Part shown: positions 28,512 through 37,197 of the stretch, one piece after another
Layout: every line of letters starts with the position of its first letter
How positions within the stretch are numbered: position 1 is the first letter of the stretch
Source of the DNA: Candidatus Latescibacterota bacterium
Lineage (GTDB): Bacteria; Latescibacterota; MWCZ01
Length of the DNA stretch: 50,535 nt
Assembly: GCA_029547385.1 (NCBI GenBank)
Contig: JAKPPK010000170.1
Span: 1 to 50,535 of the forward strand
Direction: 5' to 3'
Program-made: the position numbers and the translations under genes
Notes under the pieces: model-generated
What the model was told of the DNA's origin: nothing
Database searches by the model: none
Seen by the model: only the letters and a program-made list of their open reading frames with translations

Positions 28512-29624
28512 TCAACCCGATAGCTGTTGGCGCAGACTCTCCGGAATCTCGACGGTGTAAATCTGGCCGATCCCCGTGCGGTCCGAATTGAATACGATGT
28601 GCCGTCCGTCAGGCGTGAACATCGGGTGCGGGTGTGTCCACTGAGGATGCCCCTCTGACGCCTCCGCTTTGCACAGCGGCGCCCAGAGGCCGGTTTCCGT
28701 ATTAATCAGGATCAACCCGATGTCCGGCCAGTTTGTGTCCGAGACCACCCATTTGCCGTCCTGTGACCCGGCCGCATGCCAGAAGTGTCCTCCCTTGGCA
28801 ATCAACTGCGGCTCGTCCTCGCCCTCAGCAATCGAAACGATGGAGCCGAACGGGTCGTTAACGGTGGAAAGCAGGCGCCCTGTTTTTCCGAACCAGACGA
28901 AGTGGCCGGTGCTATGCCGAAGGTTCAATGTGCGCGGGTTTCCCCCATCACAATCGGTCACCCACATCGCGCGCCCTTTTTCGTCGGGAGGTGCGACGTA
29001 AAGGATGCGTCCGGCGTCGGACTGATCCACCTGTACGTGAACGAGGTATTCTGCAACTTTGAGAACCCGCGCTTCGCTTCCGTCTGTGGCGTATCGAACG
29101 AGCGCGGTACTTCCGTCCGTAAGAAACGCGGTCGATATGTACCATTTTCCATCGGCCGTAATGCTTCCGAGCAGAGTAGCGCCGATAACCACGTCCGGGA
29201 TGCTGGCAACTTCATACGCAATGTTGCCAGTCGGGGAGTTCTCCATCGGAGCGGCAAGAAGAGTTCCTCCCTGCTGGCAATAGACCATCTTCCCATCCGG
29301 CGAGATCACAAATCCCGCAAGACCTTCGCGATTCGTCACCGGACGGATTTCCGTTCCATCGAGGTTTACTCTCCACGCGTCAGGCGTGGAAAATCTCCCC
29401 GCTCGATTGTACGTCATGAAGACGAGCGTCTTCGAGTCTGGCGTTATGGAAGGGCAATGATAGTATAGGGTGTGGCTGAGGACGGGATAGGACGTCAGTT
29501 GAAGTATCCGAACGCCTGTAAGAGGGTCTGTTCGCGGAATCCGTTCCATGCTGTATGCGCTGGCGGCCTGGATTGCGCCACCCACGGAACGGTAGACGCC
29601 TATCAATCGCGAGTCGATTTCCAT
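28512..29624 (-). CDS. Beta-propeller protein, oligogalacturonide lyase (PL22)-like / TolB-like
   Basis: N-terminal DPLTGVRILQLT followed by repeated SPDG/TPDG blades. This resembles PL22 Ogl-type proteins. The start may be the internal ATG at 29549 (MERIPRTDP). Confidence 0.55.
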   Translation of the reverse strand: MEIDSRLIGVYRSVGGAIQAASAYSMERIPRTDPLTGVRILQLTSYPVLSHTLYYHCPSITPDSKTLVFMTYNRAGRFSTPDAWRVNLDGTEIRPVTNREGLAGFVISPDGKMVYCQQGGTLLAAPMENSPTGNIAYEVASIPDVVIGATLLGSITADGKWYISTAFLTDGSTALVRYATDGSEARVLKVAEYLVHVQVDQSDAGRILYVAPPDEKGRAMWVTDCDGGNPRTLNLRHSTGHFVWFGKTGRLLSTVNDPFGSIVSIAEGEDEPQLIAKGGHFWHAAGSQDGKWVVSDTNWPDIGLILINTETGLWAPLCKAEASEGHPQWTHPHPMFTPDGRHIVFNSDRTGIGQIYTVEIPESLRQQLSG

Positions 29625-29926
29625 TGCTTTCCCTTTTCTGGGGTGTGCGGATGCGGTGAAGGACGGAAAGAACGGGACGGAGAGCCCGTCCCATTTGCAT
29701 CAGAACGAAACAGAATGAACGATTGATAGAATACGGATTTTTCTTTCTTCGTCAAAACTGGCGGAGAGAGGGAGAGATTGACGGGGGCCGCCACGAACCG
29801 ATATTTCGGTGTACAACTCGGCACACCCGCGAATAATGCTTGAGCAACCGCGTGTGCCGCTGCAAAACACCGGTAGGCCCACAGTGTGATGTACAACAGA
29901 TTCATCAACGGGAAGGGAGGCGTGCC

Positions 29927-30367
29927 ATGGTGAACCTGAAGGTGATACTCCACCCGACCGATTTCAGCCCATTATCCGGAAACGCGCTTCGCTACGGAGT
30001 CGAATTCGCCAGGAGGTTCGGGGCCAGACTGATCGTGTTGCACGTTCTGGAGTATGCATATTCGGCGATTTCGCTCGCCGAAGAGGCCGTGGCAGACGCG
30101 GAGAATGAGTTGCAGAAGGTGCTCTCCCCGTCTCAGAAGGAGGGTCTGGACGTTGAGATGTTGCTTGTCCGCGGAAAGCCTTGCGAAGAAATCCTCCGCC
30201 TGGCGCGCGAACGGGAGGTCGACCTCATAGTCATGGGCACCCACAATCGGGGTACTCTTGAACATGCGTTGCTGGGAAGCACAACGGAGAAAGTCATCAG
30301 AAAAGCTCCCTGCCCGGTTTTGACAATCCGTCACCCGGAGCACGAGTTCATCCAACAGGGTACTTGA
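29927..30367 (+). CDS. Universal stress protein (UspA family)
   Basis: ATG 29927 lies 7 nt after GGGAGG. ILHPTDFSPLSGNAL...LIVLHV and GTHNRGTLEHALLGSTTEKVIRKAPCPVLTI are classic USP segments. Confidence 0.85.
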   Translation: MVNLKVILHPTDFSPLSGNALRYGVEFARRFGARLIVLHVLEYAYSAISLAEEAVADAENELQKVLSPSQKEGLDVEMLLVRGKPCEEILRLAREREVDLIVMGTHNRGTLEHALLGSTTEKVIRKAPCPVLTIRHPEHEFIQQGT

Positions 30368-30378
30368 AGGGCAACACC

Positions 30379-31374
30379 ATGCGCGTCGTTGTACTTGGGG
30401 CAACGGGGCTCCTGGGCTCAGGAATCACGAGGGTTCTTGCGTCGCGCGGACACACGGTTTGCGCGGTTGCGCGGGGCAACAGGCAAGTCGTGCTACCGGA
30501 GGGAGTGCAATTCACTCCCACCGACAGGCGCGATCGAGCCGCGATGGAACACCTCGTCAAATCCTTCCGACCAGATGCCGTCGTTGATTGCGTAGCATAC
30601 ACGCGAGAGGACGGGATCATTGACCGTGATGTGTTCGCGGGAAAAGTCGCGCACCTGATCATGGTGAGTACGGACTTCGTGTACAAGCCTTCCTTCCAGG
30701 TTCTTCCAATCACTGAAGACGCACCGGTTCGCGCTGGAACGGCGTACAGCGAGGGAAAGGTGGATTGCGAGGAGGTACTCTTACGCGCGCAAGAACTTCA
30801 GGTTACCGTGATACGCCCTCCTCACATAATGGGACCAGGTGGAAAACTCGGCAGCGGCTCGATTCAGGGCAGAGATTCTTCACTCATAGACCGTGTGCGG
30901 AAAGGTGTGCCCATCGTCCTAATTGACGCAGGCATCCACCTGCTCCAACCTCTTCACGTGGACGACGCGGGAGACGCGGTGAATGCGATCCTCTGCAACA
31001 CTGCCTGTTTTGGGAAAGTCTACAACGTGTGTGGCCCGGTTGCGGACTTGACCCGGCGGTACTACGAAGTCATTGCGGAGACGCTCGGAGTTCCCCTCCA
31101 GACTCTGTCAATCGCCGGTGATATCTGGGTTGCCGTGCGACCTGATCAGGTCAGCTTCGTTCGGCACCGGGTGTACAGTCTGGAAAGGATACACACGGAC
31201 ACGGGTTGGTTCCCGGCGATTACTATGGAGACCTCCGTGCGTCGGACGGTGGCAGACATCCTTGCGCGTGGGGAAGACGTGCCGTACGTACCATCGCAGG
31301 CTGAAGAGCGGCTCCTTGCGGCGCTTGCAAGGCACTCGACGAAGATCAGAGGGATACTCGCCTCGTTGGGATAG
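30379..31374 (+). CDS. NAD-dependent epimerase/dehydratase (extended SDR)
   Basis: Rossmann motif VLGATGLLGSGI and catalytic YxxxK (YSEGK). ATG 30379. Confidence 0.8.
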   Translation: MRVVVLGATGLLGSGITRVLASRGHTVCAVARGNRQVVLPEGVQFTPTDRRDRAAMEHLVKSFRPDAVVDCVAYTREDGIIDRDVFAGKVAHLIMVSTDFVYKPSFQVLPITEDAPVRAGTAYSEGKVDCEEVLLRAQELQVTVIRPPHIMGPGGKLGSGSIQGRDSSLIDRVRKGVPIVLIDAGIHLLQPLHVDDAGDAVNAILCNTACFGKVYNVCGPVADLTRRYYEVIAETLGVPLQTLSIAGDIWVAVRPDQVSFVRHRVYSLERIHTDTGWFPAITMETSVRRTVADILARGEDVPYVPSQAEERLLAALARHSTKIRGILASLG

Positions 31375-31437
31375 ACGGATACCCGAGGGCTCGTACCGCA
31401 CCCTGAGAATGTGTCCAGACAACATCGGTCGCTGAAC

Positions 31438-32601
31438 TCAGATGGTGCACGCGTTTTTTCTCGGTGGCAAACCGAAATACTCGCGATACCGGTCGATTGC
31501 GGCGAGGTAGAGCTCCGGGCGAACGTCCTCATGCACCACATTGCTCGTCATGATGATGTGGCCGCCGTTTCCCCATCCCTGGACAATGCACCGCTCCATC
31601 TCCGCTCGTGCTTCCTCGAGCGTCCCCTCACAGAGAACCCACCGAATATCCAGATTGCCGAGAAACGTAAAACGCTCCCCCCATTCCTTTTTGAGACGGG
31701 CGAGGTCCATTCCGGCCGCCACGTCGATTTCGCCGTAGCCATCCACATGTGATCTTTCGAGAAAATCGGGCAGGACGTCCCACAGGTATCCGTCGGTGGT
31801 GTTGGTGGTCCAGTATCCCATTTCGTGCAAGCCATCAGATTGCCGCTGGATATGCGGGACTACTCGTTCCCGGTACGCACGCGGCGAGATTACGGGACCG
31901 GTGTCGCCTGCGAAATCGCCGCCGAGACCCGCTATTTCGGCGCCTTCCATTCGGAAAAGGCGTGCCGTGTCAATGATCCACTGCGACTGTTTCTCATAGT
32001 AGCGGTCCAAGAGTTCCGGTGCGGTTACGAACCATTCCAGCGCAAAGGGCGGCAGCGCGGCTACAGGGATGGCGTAGAGCGAGACGTAGATCGCGACATC
32101 CAGCCCGGCGTCAGCGATGTGCCTGCGGATTCGCCGCCAGACGAACAATTGGTCGTCGCTCAGACTCGGAGGCACGTATTCCTTCTCCACGTTCGCACGG
32201 AAATCGTTCTCCCAGCGATCCAGATCACGTGTCCTCGCGTTGACGTCCTCGACGACGCCGGAAGCCGGGTGGTAGCGGAGAACCGAATCTCCCTGTTGGA
32301 AGGTGAAAGTGTCGAGCTCCACCGGCCTCGGCGCAGAAGAGGGAGGATTCGGGACGAGGCGGATCATGTCGAATTCAAGCAGCCGGAGTATCTCGAACTC
32401 ATCGTCCGCATAACGCTCCATTGCAACGCGCCACCCCTCGCGCGCCCAGACGCGCATGAACTCCGGCCAGTTGTACGGGTGTATGGCAGGCCTTCCCAGG
32501 ATCGCGTTATCTGTCGGGTGTTTGATTTCGCGTTCGAAGATGGGAGTTCTGTCCGGTTGTCTGTGCTGGAACGCTGCGCGAACACGCTCTCGTGAAGTCA
32601 T
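31438..32601 (-). CDS. Uroporphyrinogen decarboxylase (URO-D)-like family protein
   Basis: N-terminus MTSRERVRAAFQHRQPDRTPIFE and overall 387-aa barrel layout are typical of URO-D/MtaA-like proteins. It is a paralogue of the truncated CDS at 1-732. Confidence 0.7.
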   Translation of the reverse strand: MTSRERVRAAFQHRQPDRTPIFEREIKHPTDNAILGRPAIHPYNWPEFMRVWAREGWRVAMERYADDEFEILRLLEFDMIRLVPNPPSSAPRPVELDTFTFQQGDSVLRYHPASGVVEDVNARTRDLDRWENDFRANVEKEYVPPSLSDDQLFVWRRIRRHIADAGLDVAIYVSLYAIPVAALPPFALEWFVTAPELLDRYYEKQSQWIIDTARLFRMEGAEIAGLGGDFAGDTGPVISPRAYRERVVPHIQRQSDGLHEMGYWTTNTTDGYLWDVLPDFLERSHVDGYGEIDVAAGMDLARLKKEWGERFTFLGNLDIRWVLCEGTLEEARAEMERCIVQGWGNGGHIIMTSNVVHEDVRPELYLAAIDRYREYFGLPPRKNACTI

Positions 32602-32801
32602 AAGGGAGACCTTGTGTCGTGAAGCAAGCCTAGCGTCGCGAGGTCTGGCTCACGACGTACCGGTGGGTTTTGTCCATAGTAAGTTACGGGCGATTTTGAA
32701 ACGGTCAAGGCCGTCTCGCCGGACTCGTTTGTTCCCAATCTGCGTTCGCGGCTTGCTCTGTGTTCACACCCCACAGGATTACTGCAATCGGAGGATCTCC
32801 C

Positions 32802-35225
32802 GTGTCGAAAAAGACATCCCATTCGGAGAACATGGAACCGCTCCTGCTTCTGGACATACACCATTCCGGGTATTTCGGCTGGGGTGTATGGGTTTCACCC
32901 GACGCGATTGAACATTGGACAGCCGAAACAGTGGAAAGAATGATGCGGAACCCCCGTTACAAGATGGGGCTGAATCTCGGTGCGCACACGTATGAGAACA
33001 GCCCGGAATTGGCACCGAGGATTCGCAGTTGGATGACGTCATTTCCCGACCGGCTTTTCGTCACCGGCGGCGACTACGCGCAACCAACCGCGTGCGTTCG
33101 TTCGGGAGAATCGAATCTGCGTCACCTTCTTGTCGGTTGGGAGGAAATTCGCCGCCAGCTTGGAGTCAGAGTAGATATCTGGACAGTCAGCGAACCGGGG
33201 AACTTCGCGCAGCTACCTCAGATATTAAAAAACCTTGGATACCGCGGTGCGTTGCTGCGTATCCACGGGCCCGGCCAATTGGGCAGTCCGGTGCCGACTT
33301 CGGATTCCGCTTCTGTATGGTGGACTGGGCCCGACTCCACGAAGATTCTGGCAGTTCCCGAATACTCAGGCGACCGGCTCCAAAAAGGCGACGCTTGCAC
33401 GTACTCCATGTGGATCATGACGCGGTACAGGAATACGAGGGCCACACGAGGCAATTATACGCTGGACGACCTGTGGAACTGGAAGATCGCGCAGGAACGA
33501 AAGGGAATCTCGCCGGTTGTCATGTCGAAGGACGACGACCACAACAACCAGTACACCAACAACAATCTTTGTATGGATTCCGGCCACGCGCTCGCCGCGG
33601 ACACGGAAAACGACCCTCGTTTTCGGTGGGTCACGGCGGAGGAACTGTTCGAAGCCGTTCCGACTCCCACGTGTTCGTTGGCCGCTGATCCGAACCTTTT
33701 CGAAACGCGCGTGAGTTCGTTCTGCGATTACGGGTTCATGGGAAACCGCGACTGGGTGGTCGACCACAGGGCGGAAGCAGAGCTTCGGATGGGTGATTTT
33801 TCCCGGGCGCTTGCGGCCACGCTTCTCGGTGATGTGCCTGGTGAGAAAGAAATGCGTGAGGCGTGGAAGCTTCACCTCGGTGCGCAGAACCATGACGTAT
33901 CCCTCAAAAGTCTGAGCACAGTGATGTACCACCTCCAACACGAGGCCTCGCGGATCGCACGAGGTGTGTCTGGTCGGGTTTTGAGAACGATTGCGGGCGA
34001 GATTGAGACGGGGGACGGGTTTGGCGCCGTAGTCGTATGGAATCCACTGGCGTTCCAGCGGAGAGAGTACGCCACCGTTACTCTGCCGAAAGAGATGGCA
34101 AGCAAGGCAGCGCTGCACCTTGGTGAGACGCCAATTCAGTGGGAGGTGGTGTCCGAGGAAGCGGAAAACGTCGAAATGGGGTTCGTTGCGGACGTGCCAT
34201 CCCTTGGCTACCAGACGTACGCCGTCCGCCCCGGTGCGCAGGCGGAGACACGTTGCGCCGCGCGCGTCGAGGGACGGACAATCACGACTCCGCATTTCTC
34301 GGTGACATTTGGTGAACGAGGCGGCATCGACGGATTGGTGCTGAAAGGAAGCGAACAGTCGGTGGTGGTTCCCGGTACGGTCGGGCTTTCGGGTGACATT
34401 GCGGGGGAACGTGTTCGCTCCGGAGGAAACCTTGAAATCGAGGTTGGTCGGGTCTCCGCGGTGGCCCGGGAATCAGGGTGGCTGGGCAAATTCCATCGGT
34501 TCGAAATCACCTACCGCGTTGTTCCGGATGTCCCCTACATAACGGTTCACGTTCACATCTGGCCGGAGTTTGCCGAAGGTACTCCTGGCGCACCCGGAAG
34601 GGCAGGGGACCCCGGCGAGAAGGTCCGTTTCGTCGCAACGCTGAATCCGGATTTGGGGCGGATCAGATGCGTAAGGCAACAACCGCTGCTCATCTGGGAG
34701 TACGACCCGTCGCTTTCTCCCGTTTTCGCCGCGCTTGAATGGGTGGACTATCAAGGCACCGATCTTGGGTTGGCGTTGCTCAACGATGGTGCGATCGGCC
34801 AGAGCGTGGATGGGACGGCTTCTGAAGTCGGGGCGATTCTTCTGAACGGCGGAATCTCCGACTACCACGGTGATCTCGCGTTCATGCCGCACCGGAGTGA
34901 TTGGCGAGGAGGGACCGTGCACGAGGCTGGCCAATGCTTCGGGAGTCCTCTGAATGGCGTTTTCGAGGTGTCTCACCCGGGTCGGTTACCGAAACGATTC
35001 AGTCTTGCATCGGTTACGCCCCGAAACGTGACAGTGAGCAGTGTGTTCCGGGAACGGGGGAAGACCTACGCCCGCGTGTGGGAGCATTCAGGAGAGCGGG
35101 CCCGCGTTCAATTTTCGCGAGAAGGGGTTTTGTTGCAAGCCGAACGGGTGAACCTGAGATTGCGGAAGTGCGCGGGAGGCAGCAACCTCGAGCCGCGAAG
35201 AATCGCCGTCTTCCGGATAGGCTGA
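32802..35225 (+). CDS. Glycoside hydrolase family 38-like protein (divergent)
   Basis: About 800 aa. Recognisable segments are an N-terminal barrel region (WTVSEPGNFAQLPQILKNLGYRG), a central LGAQNHDVSLKS segment and a C-terminal beta-rich region. GTG 32802 lies 6 nt after GGAGGA; ATG 32832 is the alternative start. Confidence 0.55.
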   Translation: MSKKTSHSENMEPLLLLDIHHSGYFGWGVWVSPDAIEHWTAETVERMMRNPRYKMGLNLGAHTYENSPELAPRIRSWMTSFPDRLFVTGGDYAQPTACVRSGESNLRHLLVGWEEIRRQLGVRVDIWTVSEPGNFAQLPQILKNLGYRGALLRIHGPGQLGSPVPTSDSASVWWTGPDSTKILAVPEYSGDRLQKGDACTYSMWIMTRYRNTRATRGNYTLDDLWNWKIAQERKGISPVVMSKDDDHNNQYTNNNLCMDSGHALAADTENDPRFRWVTAEELFEAVPTPTCSLAADPNLFETRVSSFCDYGFMGNRDWVVDHRAEAELRMGDFSRALAATLLGDVPGEKEMREAWKLHLGAQNHDVSLKSLSTVMYHLQHEASRIARGVSGRVLRTIAGEIETGDGFGAVVVWNPLAFQRREYATVTLPKEMASKAALHLGETPIQWEVVSEEAENVEMGFVADVPSLGYQTYAVRPGAQAETRCAARVEGRTITTPHFSVTFGERGGIDGLVLKGSEQSVVVPGTVGLSGDIAGERVRSGGNLEIEVGRVSAVARESGWLGKFHRFEITYRVVPDVPYITVHVHIWPEFAEGTPGAPGRAGDPGEKVRFVATLNPDLGRIRCVRQQPLLIWEYDPSLSPVFAALEWVDYQGTDLGLALLNDGAIGQSVDGTASEVGAILLNGGISDYHGDLAFMPHRSDWRGGTVHEAGQCFGSPLNGVFEVSHPGRLPKRFSLASVTPRNVTVSSVFRERGKTYARVWEHSGERARVQFSREGVLLQAERVNLRLRKCAGGSNLEPRRIAVFRIG

Positions 35226-35287
35226 CGGAAACCGGCGATCTGGTGTGCGGTGGGAAAGAAAAGGCGTTCAGTCGCTACCTGCGGCGT

Positions 35288-36724
35288 TCATGCGACATTT
35301 GTTCGTATTCTGCCGCTCACACCGAGCGCTACGGAGATGGAATTCAGCTCCAGAACGAGGGATCGCTGCTCTGCCAGCGCCGTCTCAATCCGTTCGCACG
35401 CGTGAATCACCGTCGCATGGTCGCGCCCACCAAACGCGGCCCCTATGGCCCTGAGGCTCTCCGTCGTCAGCAATTTGCACAGGTACATCGCAAGCTGGCG
35501 TTTGCTGACGACGTCCGAACGCCGGCTTTTTCCGGTCAGGAGATCAACAGAAATACCGTAGTGGGAGGCGACAGCTTCCTGGATGCGCTTCACGGTGACG
35601 GTCTCCGGCGCCGCAAGGCGCATGGTGCGAACCGCACTTTCCACGATGTCCAGCGTCAACTTCGCATCGTGGTTCTGCACAAGGAAAAGCAACCGTTTGA
35701 TGATCCCTTCAAGCTCCCGGATGTTGCTTTTCACCTGTGAGGCGATGAATTCCGCGGCGCTGTCATCGAGATGCAGGCCCGTCGCCTCGGCCTTCATCTC
35801 GCAGATCGCGATTTTTGTTTCGAGATCAGGAGGCTGTATGTCGGCCACCAATCCCCATTGGAATCGCGAAAGCAGGCGGTCCTGAAGGCCTCCAAGGGCT
35901 TCAGGCGGACGATCGGACGACAGGACTATTTGCTTGCCTTGCCCGTGAAGCGTGTTGAATGTGTGGAAAAACTCCTCCTGCATGCGCTCTTTGCCCTGAA
36001 AGAACTGAATATCGTCCACCAGCATTACATCGGCCTGACGGTACCTGCGTGCGAACTGGAGGGTCCGGTTCTCTTTCAAGGACGTCACAAACTCGCGCAC
36101 AAATTGTTCGCTCGTGAGGTAAATGACGTTCTTTGCGTTGCCCGCGAGCGCGCATTCATTGGCGACTGCGTGCAGAAGGTGTGTTTTACCAAGTCCCACT
36201 CCACCGTATATCAGGAGGGGGTTGAAAGGAGTTCGGCCCGGGTTGCGCGCGACCGTTTTCGCAGCGCTCTGCGCAACTTCGTTGTTTGAGCCTATGACGA
36301 AGGACCCGAAGGTGTAATCCTTATTCACCAGCGAGAGCGTCTCGGTTTCCGCAGGCTCTTTGTCCGTGCGCGGCGCTGATTTTCTGGACGTCGCCGCGTG
36401 ACGGTCCGATGTGCCGGGTCCGATCTGCACGTGCGGTTCGCCGGAGAGCAGCCGCGTCTCTTCGTCCGACGAACCGGGGAGGAGTTCGAATTCAACTCTC
36501 GGACTGATATTGAACAGCTTTCGTATCGTGCGCTCGATGTCCCTGAGGTAATGCTCTCGAATCCACGATACGGAGAAGCTGTACGGCGCTTCCAGCACGA
36601 CAAGTTCGGAGTCGAACCGGGTGCACACGAGGGGTTTGATCCAGGTATCGTAGCTCTGGGAGAACAACTTCCCCTTCAAAGCAACGAGACACTGAGTCCA
36701 GGCTTCTGCCGGTGAGCAGGTCAT
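35288..36724 (-). CDS. dnaA: Chromosomal replication initiator protein DnaA
   Basis: Domain I (SYDTWIKPL), AAA+ Walker A (LLIYGGVGLGKTHLLHAV), Walker B (VMLVDDIQF) and a C-terminal DNA-binding domain (SRRSDVVSKRQLAMYLCKLLT..SLRAIGAAFGGRDHATVIHA). Confidence 0.95.
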   Translation of the reverse strand: MTCSPAEAWTQCLVALKGKLFSQSYDTWIKPLVCTRFDSELVVLEAPYSFSVSWIREHYLRDIERTIRKLFNISPRVEFELLPGSSDEETRLLSGEPHVQIGPGTSDRHAATSRKSAPRTDKEPAETETLSLVNKDYTFGSFVIGSNNEVAQSAAKTVARNPGRTPFNPLLIYGGVGLGKTHLLHAVANECALAGNAKNVIYLTSEQFVREFVTSLKENRTLQFARRYRQADVMLVDDIQFFQGKERMQEEFFHTFNTLHGQGKQIVLSSDRPPEALGGLQDRLLSRFQWGLVADIQPPDLETKIAICEMKAEATGLHLDDSAAEFIASQVKSNIRELEGIIKRLLFLVQNHDAKLTLDIVESAVRTMRLAAPETVTVKRIQEAVASHYGISVDLLTGKSRRSDVVSKRQLAMYLCKLLTTESLRAIGAAFGGRDHATVIHACERIETALAEQRSLVLELNSISVALGVSGRIRTNVA

Positions 36725-37197
36725 TTCGCGCGTATCTTTATCAAAAAAGGGTTAAGTTCTTAATAAACAAATTCTTGACCAAGTTGCGTTTTTCGCCGTG
36801 TTGTGATCAACGAAAAATACGTATCCCTCGGCGTCGAAATCCCTTTTGAAGGGCGCTGATGCCGTTCATGGCACGGGCTGAATCACACGCTGAGATACTC
36901 GGTTAGTGTAAGGTTAAGCTAAGGGGTCAATCCCGAAGGAAACAATGCATTTTTGAACAGTGGTTTTTCTTTTTTTGGGTTTCCTTGGTGTTCAAAAATT
37001 CACACCCACTACCTGTGGTGGAAAACGGTGGAATCGCATTGATCGCATGCCGTACCCGCATTGCATGCGCCAAAATGGCAAGTTCGTCATTTGAACCTGC
37101 GGAAACCGGGTGACCCCGTGTCAGCGTTGTCTTGTTTGAAAGGCGACCGATACATTTAGAGCGTGACCCGGAACGGTATTCTGCAGGGACGATCACG
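36725..37197. promoter_or_regulatory. Low-GC divergent intergenic region upstream of dnaA: dnaA promoter and candidate oriC
   Basis: This is the longest clearly AT-enriched stretch in the window (e.g. 36736-36780 CTTTATCAAAAAAGGGTTAAGTTCTTAATAAACAAATTCTTGACC). Only degenerate DnaA-box-like 9-mers are present: TTATCAAAA at 36738 and TTTTCCACC on the minus strand at 37017-37025, each with 2 mismatches to TTATCCACA. The oriC assignment is not proven. Confidence 0.3.

Noticed and set aside
29819-29859. An 8-bp perfect inverted repeat CGGCACAC-N25-GTGTGCCG upstream of uspA, and a 7-bp hairpin GGGACGG-N5-CCGTCCC at 29674-29692.
   Set aside because: Short GC-rich inverted repeats of this size are expected by chance in a 300-nt GC-rich spacer. 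There is no U-tract and no repetition elsewhere in the window.
36869-36884. TGGCACGGGCTGAATC in the dnaA/kinase intergenic region as a possible sigma54 promoter for the kinase operon.
   Set aside because: Only the -24 half matches. The -12 position reads GAAT with no TGC element.
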